DNA from: Geotalea uraniireducens Rf4
Lineage (GTDB): Bacteria > Desulfobacterota > Desulfuromonadia > Geobacterales > Geobacteraceae
NCBI RefSeq assembly: GCF_000016745.1
Contig: NC_009483.1
Span: forward strand, 1,890,001-1,922,000
Direction of reading: 5' to 3'
DNA length: 32,000 bases
Shown here: positions 31,371 to 32,000 of the stretch, one piece after another
Numbering within the stretch: position 1 is the stretch's first letter
Layout of the letters: each line of letters begins with the position of its first letter
Made by a program: the position numbers and the translations under genes
Notes under the pieces: model-generated
Told to the model about the DNA's origin: nothing
What the model saw: only the letters and a program-made list of their open reading frames with translations
Databases searched by the model: none

Positions 31371-32000
31371 GGTTTCTGCTGGCTACACTTTCTCTCTCCT
31401 ACGTCAGGCGACATGTGGCCAAGACCCTGCTTACACTCCTCGGCGTTGTGGTTGGCGTGGCTACCTTCAGCTCGATCAGGAGCGCCCAGGGGACCCTTGT
31501 CCAAGGGATACGCTCCACGGTTGACCGCGTCGCCGGCAAGGCCCAGCTCCAGATCACCATGGTGGGAGGGGTGCCGGAAGAGGTGCAGGAGAAGGTCCGC
31601 GAGCTTCCTGGTATCCGGGCCACCTCGCCGGTCATCGAACAGATCGTGGTCCCCGAGCGGGGGGAACTGGGCAGCCTCCTTGTCATCGGCATCGATCTTC
31701 TCGGAGACCGGGAGATGCGCGACTACGGTTTCGACGGCCAGGACGCCGACTTGGACGACCCGCTCCTCTTTCTTGCCCAGCCCGACTCGGCGCTCTTCAC
31801 CCGCCAGTTTGCAGAGAAGGCAAAGCTGAAAACAGGCGAAACCCTTTCTCTGCGCCTGCCTGCCGGGGTGAAGCGGGTTGCGGCGCGGGGACTGCTTACC
31901 CCCAAAGGTTTTGCCGAGGCGTTTGGCGGCAATCTGATGGTTGTGGATGTTTATGCCGCCCAGGAACTGTTCGGCAGAGGACGCCGCTTCGATCGGCTGG
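31367..32000 (+). CDS. ABC transporter permease, FtsX/MacB-type (partial, runs off the window)
   Basis: ATG 31367 overlaps the ATPase stop (ATGA). My translation, MRFLLATLSLSYVRRHVAKTLLTLLGVVVGVATFSSIRSAQ...LQITMVGGVPEEVQEKVRELPGIRATSPV..., gives an N-terminal TM helix plus a MacB periplasmic-domain pattern. It is open to the window end and so is absent from the ORF track. Confidence 0.8.
   Translation, partial: MRFLLATLSLSYVRRHVAKTLLTLLGVVVGVATFSSIRSAQGTLVQGIRSTVDRVAGKAQLQITMVGGVPEEVQEKVRELPGIRATSPVIEQIVVPERGELGSLLVIGIDLLGDREMRDYGFDGQDADLDDPLLFLAQPDSALFTRQFAEKAKLKTGETLSLRLPAGVKRVAARGLLTPKGFAEAFGGNLMVVDVYAAQELFGRGRRFDRL

Noticed and set aside
31413-31829. 138-aa + strand ORF near the window end
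   Set aside because: Wrong frame. The frame starting at ATG 31367 (ATGA-coupled to the ATPase gene) gives a typical FtsX/MacB permease N-terminus and stays open to the window edge.
1-32000. Scan for tRNA/rRNA, CRISPR arrays, transposase/integrase genes
   Set aside because: I found no T-loop-type GGTTCGAATCC-like contexts with tRNA geometry. There are no regularly spaced direct repeats of CRISPR size. No ORF carries DDE, tyrosine-recombinase or serine-recombinase signatures. This was an eye scan only, so a covariance-model search could still find small RNAs.

Overview
High-G+C bacterial chromosomal window. The gene content (periplasmic multiheme cytochrome, class I fumarase, TetR/ABC modules, G/C-rich hairpin repeats) resembles Geobacteraceae/Desulfuromonadales, but that placement is inference only. 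I call 32 protein-coding genes. Most are housekeeping or envelope functions: bacterioferritin, DEAD-box helicase, CFA-synthase-like methyltransferase, SYLF protein, M1 lipoprotein peptidase, rhomboid, MFS and DMT transporters, fumarase, a sulfotransferase/flippase-like/SDR trio, a TetR-UbiB kinase operon and a MacB-type ABC pair (the permease runs off the 3' edge). I saw no rRNA, tRNA, CRISPR array, transposase or integrase. Items worth a second look: (1) an ATGA-coupled pair, an HAO-like nine-CXXCH cytochrome plus a PD40 beta-propeller lipoprotein, both exported and both ending in a SHOCT-like tail; (2) a 3.3-kb cassette bracketed by an 82/83-identical inverted repeat, next to a low-G+C islet with orphan zinc-ribbon, unknown and Xis-like HTH genes; (3) a ~105-bp structured repeat family present twice in opposite orientations, plus a third related locus; (4) phased CACGAAT heptamer arrays in inverted orientation in a divergent promoter region; (5) a terminator/antiterminator-like leader in front of the helicase gene; (6) palindromic operator candidates for bfr and for both TetR genes. 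All functional calls come from motifs read in the supplied translations. No database search was run.
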